Part shown: in pieces, positions 43,702 to 54,264 of the stretch
Layout of the letters: each line of letters starts with the position of its first letter
How positions within the stretch are numbered: position 1 is the first letter of the stretch
Source of the DNA: Elusimicrobiota bacterium
Lineage (GTDB): Bacteria > Elusimicrobiota > Elusimicrobia > UBA1565 > JACRDR01
Assembly (NCBI GenBank): GCA_016194745.1
Contig: JACQBA010000013.1
Span: 256,822 to 320,821 of the forward strand
Direction of reading: 5' to 3'
Length of the DNA stretch: 64,000 nucleotides
The notes under the pieces: model-generated
Seen by the model: the letters and a program-made list of their open reading frames with translations, nothing else
Told to the model about the DNA's origin: nothing
Databases searched by the model: none
Translations under genes and position numbers: made by a program

Positions 43702-44396
43702 TGAGCCGTCCCTTCCTGCGGTTGCGGGCGATTCTCTTCCGCTCCCGAGGCATGCTGACGGTGGTCGGCGTATGGTTCGTTCTCGGATTCCTCGGGTTCC
43801 ATTTCGGCGGCGGACTCGATTGGCGGGATTCGTTCCTGTCCGCCATCTACTTCGAGGTGCAGCCGGACAATTTCAGCCAGGGCTACGCCTTCTGGGGTCA
43901 GTCCATGCTTTTCGGCTTCGTCGTCGCCGCGCTGCTGCGGGAGACTCAAGAAAATCACACGGAGAGGTGCCGCGTCATGTCCGGCTTGATGAAGAACCAC
44001 ACGATCATCGTCGGCTTCACCCACCTAGGGAGCCGGCTCGTCGACCACTGCATCGCCAACAAGATCCCCTACGTGCTGATCGAGAAGGAAAAACGGCTCG
44101 TGGACGACCTGATCCGGGCCAACGAGCCGGTCATCGTCGACGACGCCCGCTCGCGCGACGCCCTGCCCAGCGCGAACATCACGCACGCGCGCCGGGTGAT
44201 CATCGCGGCCAACAACATCGAGACCGCGCTGGTGGTCACCAAGAACGCGCGCGACGCCAATCCGTCCTGCCGGATCGCCGCGCGCTGCGCCATCGACGAC
44301 CTTGTCGGCGTCCTGGAAAAGCTGGGTGCGGACCGCGTCTACTTGGCCTCGCTCGCCGCCTTCAATGAGCTGTCTCAATTCCTGGACGAATCCTGA
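43701..44396 (+). CDS. Ion-channel-like protein: two TM segments plus a cytoplasmic RCK/TrkA-N domain
   Basis: Two hydrophobic helices with a re-entrant-like segment. Then GxGxxG-type Rossmann TIIVGFTHLGSRLVDHC...VLIEKE of TrkA-N/RCK domains. No canonical TVGYG K+ filter. Confidence 0.6.
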   Translation: MSRPFLRLRAILFRSRGMLTVVGVWFVLGFLGFHFGGGLDWRDSFLSAIYFEVQPDNFSQGYAFWGQSMLFGFVVAALLRETQENHTERCRVMSGLMKNHTIIVGFTHLGSRLVDHCIANKIPYVLIEKEKRLVDDLIRANEPVIVDDARSRDALPSANITHARRVIIAANNIETALVVTKNARDANPSCRIAARCAIDDLVGVLEKLGADRVYLASLAAFNELSQFLDES

Positions 44397-44406
44397 CGCC
44401 TAGACG

Positions 44407-44841
44407 CTAGACGTGCGCGGCGAAAGACACGCGCCGGACGACCTCTCCGGCCTTGCGGGGAGTGGTTTTGAGAGCGATGTCCGCCTGAGACACGATGCCG
44501 ACGCAGCGTCCGTCCTCATCGACGACGGGCACCCGACGGATCTGGTTCTCCTCGAGCAGCCGGCAGCATTCCTCGATCCCCGTTTCCCGCGTCACGGTGA
44601 CGCAGTCGTTGGTCATGCAGTCCCGCGCCTTGGCCTGCTTGGCGTCGACGCCGCGGGCGACGACGCGGCATGCGATGTCGCGGTCGGTGATCACGCCGAT
44701 CGGACGCATAGAACTCTTGCCGTCCACCACAGGGATCTCCCCGCAGTCGTGGTCGCACATCATCCGCGCGACGGCCTGAACGTCGGTATCCGCGGTGCAG
44801 CACGCCGGATTCTCGGTCATGACGTCCTTTACATGTTGCAT
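44407..44841 (-). CDS. CBS domain pair protein
   Basis: Two CBS motifs (VKDVMTENPACCTADTDVQAVARMMCDHDCGEIPVVD ... IRRVPVVDEDGRCVGIVSQADI). Confidence 0.8.
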   Translation of the reverse strand: MQHVKDVMTENPACCTADTDVQAVARMMCDHDCGEIPVVDGKSSMRPIGVITDRDIACRVVARGVDAKQAKARDCMTNDCVTVTRETGIEECCRLLEENQIRRVPVVDEDGRCVGIVSQADIALKTTPRKAGEVVRRVSFAAHV

Positions 44842-45042
44842 TGGGCCCTCCTACCCATAGTATAGCCCCGCCGACATGTACGTCGTGTAATAGTTTCGCG
44901 CAGCCATGGGCGCTTCAAAATAAAGTGACCCCCCCGCCATAGGGTCGCGGGCCGAATGGAACTACAGTTAAAGGAAGGCGCAACGGCACGCTGCGTGCGC
45001 CTGTCGGACGACGCACCCCGGACACCTTAAGGAGGCTCCACC

Positions 45043-45474
45043 ATGGCTATGGCGCGCAAACCAAGACAAAGAAACGACGGCAAGCGGCGATCCCCGGCGG
45101 CATCCGACCGAGACGGGGAGCAACTCCAGCGCGAGACGCAGCAGGCGCGGCTCCGCCTGGACGACGATCGGGACAAACTGGAGTATCGCGGCCGGGAACC
45201 GCATCACTTCGGGACGACCGGACTATCCGAGCGGGACCGCTACGAGCCGTTGGGAAGCTATCCTGAGGGGCGCGGGATCGATTTTCCGGAAGATCGCGGC
45301 CCCAATGCCGGGGAGGACCTTTCCGACGACCGCCGCAGCCTCTTGCATCAGGGCCTTGAATACGGCGGACGCCAGCCCAGTGAAAAGGGCATCGAGGAGA
45401 AGACTCCGGACCGCCATGCCCGGCGAACGCCCTCCAAGCGCGGGAACGAGGGCAAGGCTCCTCGAGGCCGCTGA
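45043..45474 (+). CDS. Highly charged, probably disordered protein (Arg/Asp/Glu-rich)
   Basis: Perfect Shine-Dalgarno AAGGAGG 7 nt upstream of the ATG. Composition-biased 143-aa product. No homology recognised. Confidence 0.4.
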   Translation: MAMARKPRQRNDGKRRSPAASDRDGEQLQRETQQARLRLDDDRDKLEYRGREPHHFGTTGLSERDRYEPLGSYPEGRGIDFPEDRGPNAGEDLSDDRRSLLHQGLEYGGRQPSEKGIEEKTPDRHARRTPSKRGNEGKAPRGR

Positions 45475-45531
45475 CGGAGATCGAATCGGCGGGGCGGCGA
45501 CGCCGTCCGCCCCGCCGTCCTCCCCCCGCCC

Positions 45532-46626
45532 ATGGCCCCCACCGATCGCCGCGCGTCGACCTTGTCTCTAGCGGTCCTGCTCTTCGTCGTCGGCCTCCTG
45601 TTCCTCACCATGGTGTCCCCGTTCGTGCTTGCCCTTTCGATGGGCGCGCTCGCCGCCACGCTGACCCACCCGATCTATCGAAGGCTCGAGCGCCTGCTCG
45701 GCCCGCTGACGTCCGCCGCCCTCGTCGTCGCGGGACTGACGGTGCTCGCGGTAGGGCCGCTATCGGTGTTCGCCGCGATCGCCCTCAAGGAAGGCCGGGA
45801 GCTTTTCTCGCAACTCACCAAGGACGGGGCCGGCGTCTCCCCGTCGGCGTTGGCGGCGAGCGCGGCGCGCCGATTCCCCCTGCTTCGTACGATCGGAGGC
45901 CCCGAAGACATCGAGCGCGGCGTGAGCGGGTTTCTTATGGCAAGTGTGAGTCAACTGAGCGAGGAGGTCCTCGCGAGGTTCAGCGGCGTGCCGGAAGCCG
46001 CGCTCCAAGGGCTCCTGGCGCTGATCTCCTGCTTCTTTTTCCTCATGGAAGGAGAGCGGCTCTTGGATTGGGCGTTCGCACGCATCCCGCTGGCGGCAGA
46101 GCCGCGCCGGTCCGTGCTTGACGCGCTTCGAGACGGGGTGAGGTCCTCGATCCTGGCGGCGTTCGCCGCGGCGCTGGCGCAGACCCTCCTGCTGCTCCTC
46201 GGATTCGTCGCGCTGGGCATCCCCGGAATATTCTTCGCCGTCGGCGTGTCCTTCGTGCTGTCATGGCTTCCCATCATCGGATGCTCCCCGGTCTGGATCG
46301 GGGCCTCCGTCTACCTCTTCGCCCAAGGCGCGACGGGACGCGCAATCGCCATGCTCTGCATCGGGCTGGCGACGAGCGTCGTCGACAACATCGTGCGGCC
46401 GCTGGTCTTGAAGGGCCGCGGCGACATCCACCCGCTGCTCGGATTCGTCGCGATACTGGGCGCGATCCGGCTCTTCGGCGTCGCCGGGGTGTTCCTCGGG
46501 CCCGTCGTCGCGACCTTGCTCATCGCGCTGCTGGACGCCATTCCGCCGCCACGAACCGAATCGGACGACTCGACGCGCCGCGGCCGAGGAGAAGCCTCCC
46601 GCGCCGAGGCGCTCGAGCCGCCCTGA
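45532..46626 (+). CDS. AI-2E family transporter (UPF0118/PerM-like)
   Basis: About 8 TM segments with the AI-2E architecture and a charged C-terminal tail. Confidence 0.8.
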   Translation: MAPTDRRASTLSLAVLLFVVGLLFLTMVSPFVLALSMGALAATLTHPIYRRLERLLGPLTSAALVVAGLTVLAVGPLSVFAAIALKEGRELFSQLTKDGAGVSPSALAASAARRFPLLRTIGGPEDIERGVSGFLMASVSQLSEEVLARFSGVPEAALQGLLALISCFFFLMEGERLLDWAFARIPLAAEPRRSVLDALRDGVRSSILAAFAAALAQTLLLLLGFVALGIPGIFFAVGVSFVLSWLPIIGCSPVWIGASVYLFAQGATGRAIAMLCIGLATSVVDNIVRPLVLKGRGDIHPLLGFVAILGAIRLFGVAGVFLGPVVATLLIALLDAIPPPRTESDDSTRRGRGEASRAEALEPP

Positions 46627-46630
46627 CGGA

Positions 46631-47068
46631 TCAACTGTACTGATCGCTCAGGCGAGCCAGCGCCATGGCGCCGACCATGAGCCCGAAATCTCGAAGAGCG
46701 ACATCGAAGAATCCGGGCAGGAGCAGCATATTCACGATGATGCCGGCCAGCCAGACCGCCACCACGCGCGCTCCGATCCTCGGGTTGAACGCCACCAGGA
46801 TGCCGGCCGCGATTTCCACGATCCCGACCATCCTCATCATGAGCGCGAGACGGCCGCCGAAGAGGGACAGATACGCCGGCGACGCGTACATGCTCCAGTC
46901 CACGAGCATGTTGAAGAACTTGTCGACGCCGGCGACGATCGGCAGACCCACGAAGCCCGCGTACAGCAAGGAGAACGCCTGATACCCCGGGTTCGTGCCC
47001 CCCGCGGCGCGCCCCATGCGCTCACCCTCGACGGCTCGCTCCCTGCCCAGCGTGCTCTGCATCGCCAT
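46631..47068 (-). CDS. DoxX-like small membrane protein (start uncertain)
   Basis: Four hydrophobic helices in ~130 aa with DoxX-like composition. Alternative starts at 47062 or 47017. Confidence 0.45.
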   Translation of the reverse strand: MAMQSTLGRERAVEGERMGRAAGGTNPGYQAFSLLYAGFVGLPIVAGVDKFFNMLVDWSMYASPAYLSLFGGRLALMMRMVGIVEIAAGILVAFNPRIGARVVAVWLAGIIVNMLLLPGFFDVALRDFGLMVGAMALARLSDQYS

Positions 47069-47313
47069 AAACGCCTCCCTGCCGTACATCGGCACACTCT
47101 TAGGATACCTCGCGCGCGAGGCGCCCGACCATCGAGTCGTCGCAACGGAATGATGTCCGCTCCGTGACTCAGAGGACGGCCGGCGCGTCACACGGCCGTC
47201 AAACAAGAATTACGAGGACGTCACTGGCGGTTTTCTATCATTCTCTTTACGCTTGAGCACGGTCCGCGAGCCTGGCACTTGCGGGTCGAAAGCTCGGGGA
47301 ATAAACTATTGCT

Positions 47314-48935
<1,622 letters not shown>

Positions 48936-48939
<4 letters not shown>

Positions 48940-50804
48940 TGACTCGACACGCCATGCTCGCGCTGGCCGCCCGCGTCTTCAAGGCGTGGCTCGCCGTCTG
49001 CGTCGCCGCGTTCGCCTTCTCGCTCTTGTGGCCCGAAAACGTGGCGTTGCCCGTCCGGTTCCTCCGCGAGTTCGCCGAAGTCACGTTGCTCGTGCTCGGC
49101 ACGCTGCTCGCCGTGCACTGGTCGATGCGCCACCTCATCCAGCAGCTCGCCGACTGGATGCGCCTGACGCGGACCGGGCAGACCGTCGCACCGCCGCCGG
49201 CGGTGCCCCAAGGCCTTCTCGCGCCGCTCGTCGAGGAGGCGGCGACGATGGCGCAGAGCTTGTCGCGGGCCCAGTCCTCCGCCGAGCTCGAGGCGCGCCT
49301 GCGGCTTCAGGCCGACTCGCTGTGGACCGCCGAGCGTCTCCGCGAACAGGTCAAGGCGAAACTCCAAGGGAGGTCGCTCCTGGTGGTAGGCAATCGCCAG
49401 CCCTACCGGCACGTCCGGCGCGGCGGCGCGGTGACCTTCGAGATGCCGGCAAGCGGCCTCGTGACCGGCCTCGAGCCGGTCCTGCGCGCCTGCGGCGGCA
49501 CCTGGATCGGCCAGGGAGACGGGAACGCGGACAAGGAGACCGCCGACGAACACGGCCGCTTGCGGGTACCGCCGGATGATCCGCAGTACGTCCTGCGGCG
49601 AGTCTGGCTCAGCCCCGAGGAGGAAGCGGGCTTCTATTACGGCTTCTCCAACGAAGGCCTGTGGCCGTTGTGCCATATCGCGCACACGCGCCCCGTGTTC
49701 CGCGCGGCGGACTGGGAGCATTACCAGGCCGTCAACCGGAAATTCGCCGAGGCCGTGCTTGAGGAGATCGTCAATCTCGAGGAGCCTTTCCTATTGATCC
49801 AGGACTACCACTTCACGCTGCTCCCGCGGATGATCAAGGAGCGCCGCCCGGACGCCCGCGTGGCTCTCTTTTGGCACATCCCCTGGCCCAATGCGGAGGC
49901 ATTCGGCATCTGCCCTTGGCAAACGCAGCTGCTGTCGGGAATGCTCGCCTCCGACATCGTCGGCTTCCACACCCAATACCACTGCAACAACTTCCTGGAC
50001 ACGGTCGACCGCGTCGTCGAATGCCGGATCGACCGCGAGCATTTCTCGGTGCAGCGCGGCTCGCACACCGCGTACGTAAAGCCGTTCCCGATCAGCGTGG
50101 CGTTTTCCGAGCCGGTCCCGGGCCGGTTCGACCGCGCGCGGGCCCGCGCGATCGTGAAGGAGAAGACCGGCGCGTCGGCGCCGCTCCTGGCGGTCGGCGT
50201 CGACCGGATGGACTACACGAAGGGCATCGCCGAGCGCTTCCGCGGCGTCGAGCGGTTCTTGGAGAAGTACCCCCGCTACATGGGCAAGTTCTCTCTCGTG
50301 CAACTGGGGGCCCCCAGCCGCACCAACATCCAGGCCTACGGACGGTTCGTGAGCGAGATGGAAGCGGAGGCGCGCCGCATCAACGAGCGCTTCGACACCG
50401 AGGATTGGCAGCCGATCGTGCTGGTCGAGAAGCACCACAGCCACGAGGAGATACTCCCGTTCTACCAAGCCGCCGACGTCTGCATGGTCACCTCGCTGCA
50501 CGACGGCATGAACCTCGTCGCCAAGGAGTTCGTCGCCGCGCGCGAGGACGACCGCGGCTCCCTGATCCTCAGCCGGTTCACCGGCGCGGCACGCGAGCTG
50601 CAGGACGCGCTCCTCATCAATCCCTACGACGCCGAGGACACCGCCGAGGCGATCCGCGCCGCGGTCGAGATGAGCGAGACGGAACAAGCCCTGCGGATGG
50701 TCCGGCTGCGCAGGACCGTGCGCGAGAACAACGTCTATCGCTGGGCGGCGAACCTGATCTCGGAACTGGCCGCCGTCCGGCTCGACATCGCCGTCCGCAG
50801 ATAA
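48936..50804 (+). CDS. otsA: Alpha,alpha-trehalose-phosphate synthase (OtsA, GT20) with a ~175-aa N-terminal membrane extension
   Basis: The GT20 core aligns from [10 protein letters not shown] (compare E. coli OtsA RLVVVSNRIAP) through [10 protein letters not shown]. The N-terminal extension has two predicted TM helices. ATGATG overlap with the treS stop. Confidence 0.85.
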
Positions 50805-50826
50805 TCGCCGCTGCTAGGAGGCAGCC

Positions 50827-51603
50827 ATGGCCGCCCGAATACCCGCGACAAGACGCGTCCTGTTCCTGCTGGACTTCGACGGCACCTTGTGCAAAACGGT
50901 CCCGCGGCCCGAGTTCGCGAAGCTGCCGAGGACGCGGCGCGAATTTCTCGCCCGGCTCAACCGCGACCGGCACACCCTGGCGATCATCACCGGCCGTTCC
51001 TTGCCGGACATCCGCGAGAAGGTCGGCCTCGCCGGCATCTACTACGGCGGCGACTTCGGCCTGGAGATCCACGGCCCGAGATGCCGCTTCCTGCATCCCG
51101 AGGCGCCGAGATGCCGTCCCCTGCTCAACACGATGTATCGCCGGCTGTCGGAACTCGTCCGGGACATTCCCTTCGCGTGGGTCGAGCGCAAGCGCTGGAG
51201 CCTCACGGTGCACCACCGGCGCGTCCAGCCGCGCGACCTGCGCCGGCTGAGAAAACGCCTTGCCGACGTTCGCGAGAAGCCGGTCTTGGGACTGAAGTGG
51301 AAGCGGGGGATCCAATGCTGGGAAGTCTGCCCCGACATCGCCTGGGACAAAGGCAACGCGGCTCTCCTGCTGTGGCACCGCCTGGGCAAGCCCTATGCCA
51401 TCGCGATCGGCGACAACGTGGCCGACAAGCCCATGTTCCACGCGGTCGCGGACAAGGGACTCGCCCTGAGCGTCGGCAAGCGTCGGATCCCGCCGGCGTC
51501 GCGCCGCATCAAGAGCGTGCCGGAGGTCTACCGGTTCCTCGCGCGGCAGATCGCGCGCAAGGAGCCCCACGCGCTCCGGCACCCGCTCAACGGCTCGAAC
51601 TGA
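50827..51603 (+). CDS. otsB: Trehalose-6-phosphate phosphatase (OtsB, HAD family)
   Basis: HAD motif I LLDFDGTL. Motif III/IV region (GDNVAD). Size and context match OtsB. Confidence 0.8.
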   Translation: MAARIPATRRVLFLLDFDGTLCKTVPRPEFAKLPRTRREFLARLNRDRHTLAIITGRSLPDIREKVGLAGIYYGGDFGLEIHGPRCRFLHPEAPRCRPLLNTMYRRLSELVRDIPFAWVERKRWSLTVHHRRVQPRDLRRLRKRLADVREKPVLGLKWKRGIQCWEVCPDIAWDKGNAALLLWHRLGKPYAIAIGDNVADKPMFHAVADKGLALSVGKRRIPPASRRIKSVPEVYRFLARQIARKEPHALRHPLNGSN

Positions 51604-51637
51604 CCCGCCCTCCCGGCCGCCGAGCGGGAGACGGGTT

Positions 51638-51666
51638 CCTGTTGTCCCGACAGGGCGATCTTTATT
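51638..51666 (+). terminator. Possible intrinsic terminator after otsB
   Basis: Hairpin CCTGT-tgtcccg-ACAGG followed by gcgaTCTTTATT. Confidence 0.35.
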
Positions 51667-51793
51667 AGGATGCGCCTATCGCCCGGGCAGGCGGGGGCCG
51701 GCGGCGCTGGATCGCGCGACCCTCAGGACGCATTCGCCGGCTTGCGGCGGGATTCGGGCTCGACTGAGTCATCCCACTCGCAAAGAGGATTCC

Positions 51794-54100
51794 ATGATCA
51801 GGTTCCCCGCATTGATCGCCGCAGTCGTCGTCGCCGCCTCTCCCCTGGCCGCGACCCCTCCCATGGACGAGCTCCGCGACGCGCCGGCGGCGAAGCCGGC
51901 GCCCGCGGCGGCGGTCATCCGGATCCCCCGACGCCCGACTACGCAGCGCCCCGCGGTGCTCGATCGCCGGATCGAATCCAAGATCGAGCAGCTGCTCAAG
52001 CGCATGACGCTCGAGGAGAAGCTCGGCCAGCTCCAGCAGCTGGGCGACGACGGCAAGGGCGGCCACATCGAGGCCGCCAAGAAAGGCCGCCTCGGCTCGA
52101 CCCTCAGCATCTCCGGAGCGGCCAAGCTCAACGAGATTCAGCGGGCGAATATGGAGCATTCGCGGCTCAAGATCCCGGTCCTTTTCGCCCACGACGTGAT
52201 CCACGGCTTCCGGACGATCTTCCCGATCCCACTCGGCGAAGCTGCGATGTGGGATCCGGAGGCGGCGGAGAAAGCGTCCGCCGTCGCGGCCGCCGAGGCC
52301 GGCGCGGCCGGCTTGCGCTGGACGTTCGCCCCGATGGTGGACATCGCGAGAGATCCCCGCTGGGGGCGCATCGCCGAAGGCGCCGGCGAGGATCCTTACC
52401 TCGGGGCGGCGATGGCGCGGGCCCGCGTCCGGGGCTTCCAAGGGAGCGATCCTTCGGCTCCGGACAAGCTCCTCGCGTGCGCCAAGCATTGGATCGGCTA
52501 CGGCGCCGCCGAAGGCGGACGGGACTACAACTCCACCGACATGTCCCTACGCACGATGCGAGAGATCTATTTCCCTCCTTTTAAAGCCGCGGTCGACGCG
52601 GGCGTCGCGACGTTCATGAGCGCGTTCAACGACCTCAACGGCGTCCCGTCGAGCGGCAACGCCTTCACGCTCACGCAGGTCCTCCGCGGCGAGTGGGGGT
52701 TCACGGGCTTCGTCGTCAGCGACTATGAATCGGTACGCGAGCTGATCCCGCACGGCTTCGCGAAGGACGCGGCCGACGCGGCGCGGCTGGGGCTCGCGTC
52801 CGGCGTCGACATGGAGATGGTCAGCCGCACGTACGCCGAGAACGCGCCCAAGCTCCTCGAGAAGGGCCTCCTGTCCCAGGCGGCCATCGACGAATCCGTG
52901 CGGCGCGTGCTGCGCCAGAAGTTCCGCGCGGGCGTCTTTGAGCGCCCCTACGCCGACGAGGCGGCCGAAAAGACCGCCTTCCTCAAGCCGGAGTACGTGC
53001 GTCTGGCGCGCGAGAACGCGGCCCGCTCCTTCGTCCTCCTGAAGAACGAGAAGGGCCTGCTGCCGCTCGAGGGTCCCGGCCGCACGATCGCGGTGATCGG
53101 CCCGCTCGCGGACGACGCGAGCGCGATGCTCGGAACGTGGGCCGGCGAAGGCAAGAAGGAAGACGCGGTCACGATCCTGCAGGGACTCAAGTCCGAGGCT
53201 CCCGCGGGGACGAAGATTCGCCACGCCAGGGGCTGCGACGCGGACTGCAAGACGACCGACGGGTTCGCGGCGGCCGTCGACGCCGCGAGGAATGCCGACG
53301 TGGTCGTCGCCGTGGTCGGCGAGACCGGAGACATGAACGGCGAAGCGGCGTCGCGGAGCACGCTGGACCTGCCCGGACGGCAGCTCGAGCTCGTCCAGGC
53401 CCTCCACGCGACCGGCAAGCCCGTCGTCGCGGTGCTCGTCAACGGCCGGCCCCTGACGATCGGCTGGCTCGCGGAGAACGTGCCCGCCATCCTCGAGACG
53501 TGGCACGCGGGAGTGCAGGCGGGGCCCGCGGTCGCCGATGCGCTGTTCGGCCGCGTCACTCCCGGCGGAAAGCTGCCGGTCACTTTCCCGCGCACGGTCG
53601 GGCAGGTGCCGATCTACTACAACCAGAAGACGACCGGGCGGCCGCCGACGATGGACGACTGGGTCAAGGAGCGCTACGTCTCGCGCTATCAGGATTTGCC
53701 GCTCGGCCCTCTCTACGAGTTCGGCTTCGGCCTGAGCTACACCACCTTCCGCCTTTCCGACTTCGCGCTCAGCGCGACGTCCATCAAGCCCGACGGGCGC
53801 ATCACCGCGAAGGTCGCGGTCGAGAACACCGGCGCGCGCGACGGAGACGAGGTCGTGCAGCTCTATATCCGCCGGCCCTCCGCGAGCGTCACGCGGCCCG
53901 TGCGCGAGCTCAAGGGCTTCAAGCGCGTCTCGCTCAAGCCGGGCGAGACGCGCGAGGTCGCCTTCGACCTCGGCCCCGCGGACCTGGGCTTCCTCGGCCC
54001 AAACCTCGAGTTCGGCGTCGAGCCGGGGATCGTCGAAGCATACGCCGGCACGAGCTCGTCGGGCGGGCTGAAGGCGTTCTTCGAGATCGTCGCACGGTGA
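51794..54100 (+). CDS. Periplasmic beta-glucosidase, glycoside hydrolase family 3 (BglX-like)
   Basis: Signal peptide. GH3 N-domain (LEEKLGQLQQ, KIPVLFAHDVIHGF) with catalytic Asp region (GFVVSDYE). GH3 C-domain and Fn3-like tail. Confidence 0.9.
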   Translation: MIRFPALIAAVVVAASPLAATPPMDELRDAPAAKPAPAAAVIRIPRRPTTQRPAVLDRRIESKIEQLLKRMTLEEKLGQLQQLGDDGKGGHIEAAKKGRLGSTLSISGAAKLNEIQRANMEHSRLKIPVLFAHDVIHGFRTIFPIPLGEAAMWDPEAAEKASAVAAAEAGAAGLRWTFAPMVDIARDPRWGRIAEGAGEDPYLGAAMARARVRGFQGSDPSAPDKLLACAKHWIGYGAAEGGRDYNSTDMSLRTMREIYFPPFKAAVDAGVATFMSAFNDLNGVPSSGNAFTLTQVLRGEWGFTGFVVSDYESVRELIPHGFAKDAADAARLGLASGVDMEMVSRTYAENAPKLLEKGLLSQAAIDESVRRVLRQKFRAGVFERPYADEAAEKTAFLKPEYVRLARENAARSFVLLKNEKGLLPLEGPGRTIAVIGPLADDASAMLGTWAGEGKKEDAVTILQGLKSEAPAGTKIRHARGCDADCKTTDGFAAAVDAARNADVVVAVVGETGDMNGEAASRSTLDLPGRQLELVQALHATGKPVVAVLVNGRPLTIGWLAENVPAILETWHAGVQAGPAVADALFGRVTPGGKLPVTFPRTVGQVPIYYNQKTTGRPPTMDDWVKERYVSRYQDLPLGPLYEFGFGLSYTTFRLSDFALSATSIKPDGRITAKVAVENTGARDGDEVVQLYIRRPSASVTRPVRELKGFKRVSLKPGETREVAFDLGPADLGFLGPNLEFGVEPGIVEAYAGTSSSGGLKAFFEIVAR

Positions 54101-54264
54101 TCCGGCGCGCGTCACCCGTCCGCTAGGTCTCCAACATTTTAGGGGCCCTAGGGCCTAGACCCGCAACGTCATCGGCCCACGGCGGAAGGGGTCCATTGTT
54201 GAACGCATAGGTCCCGCGAGACCTCCCATTTCAAAAGCACGCGCGTTGTATACTTCCGTCCGCA

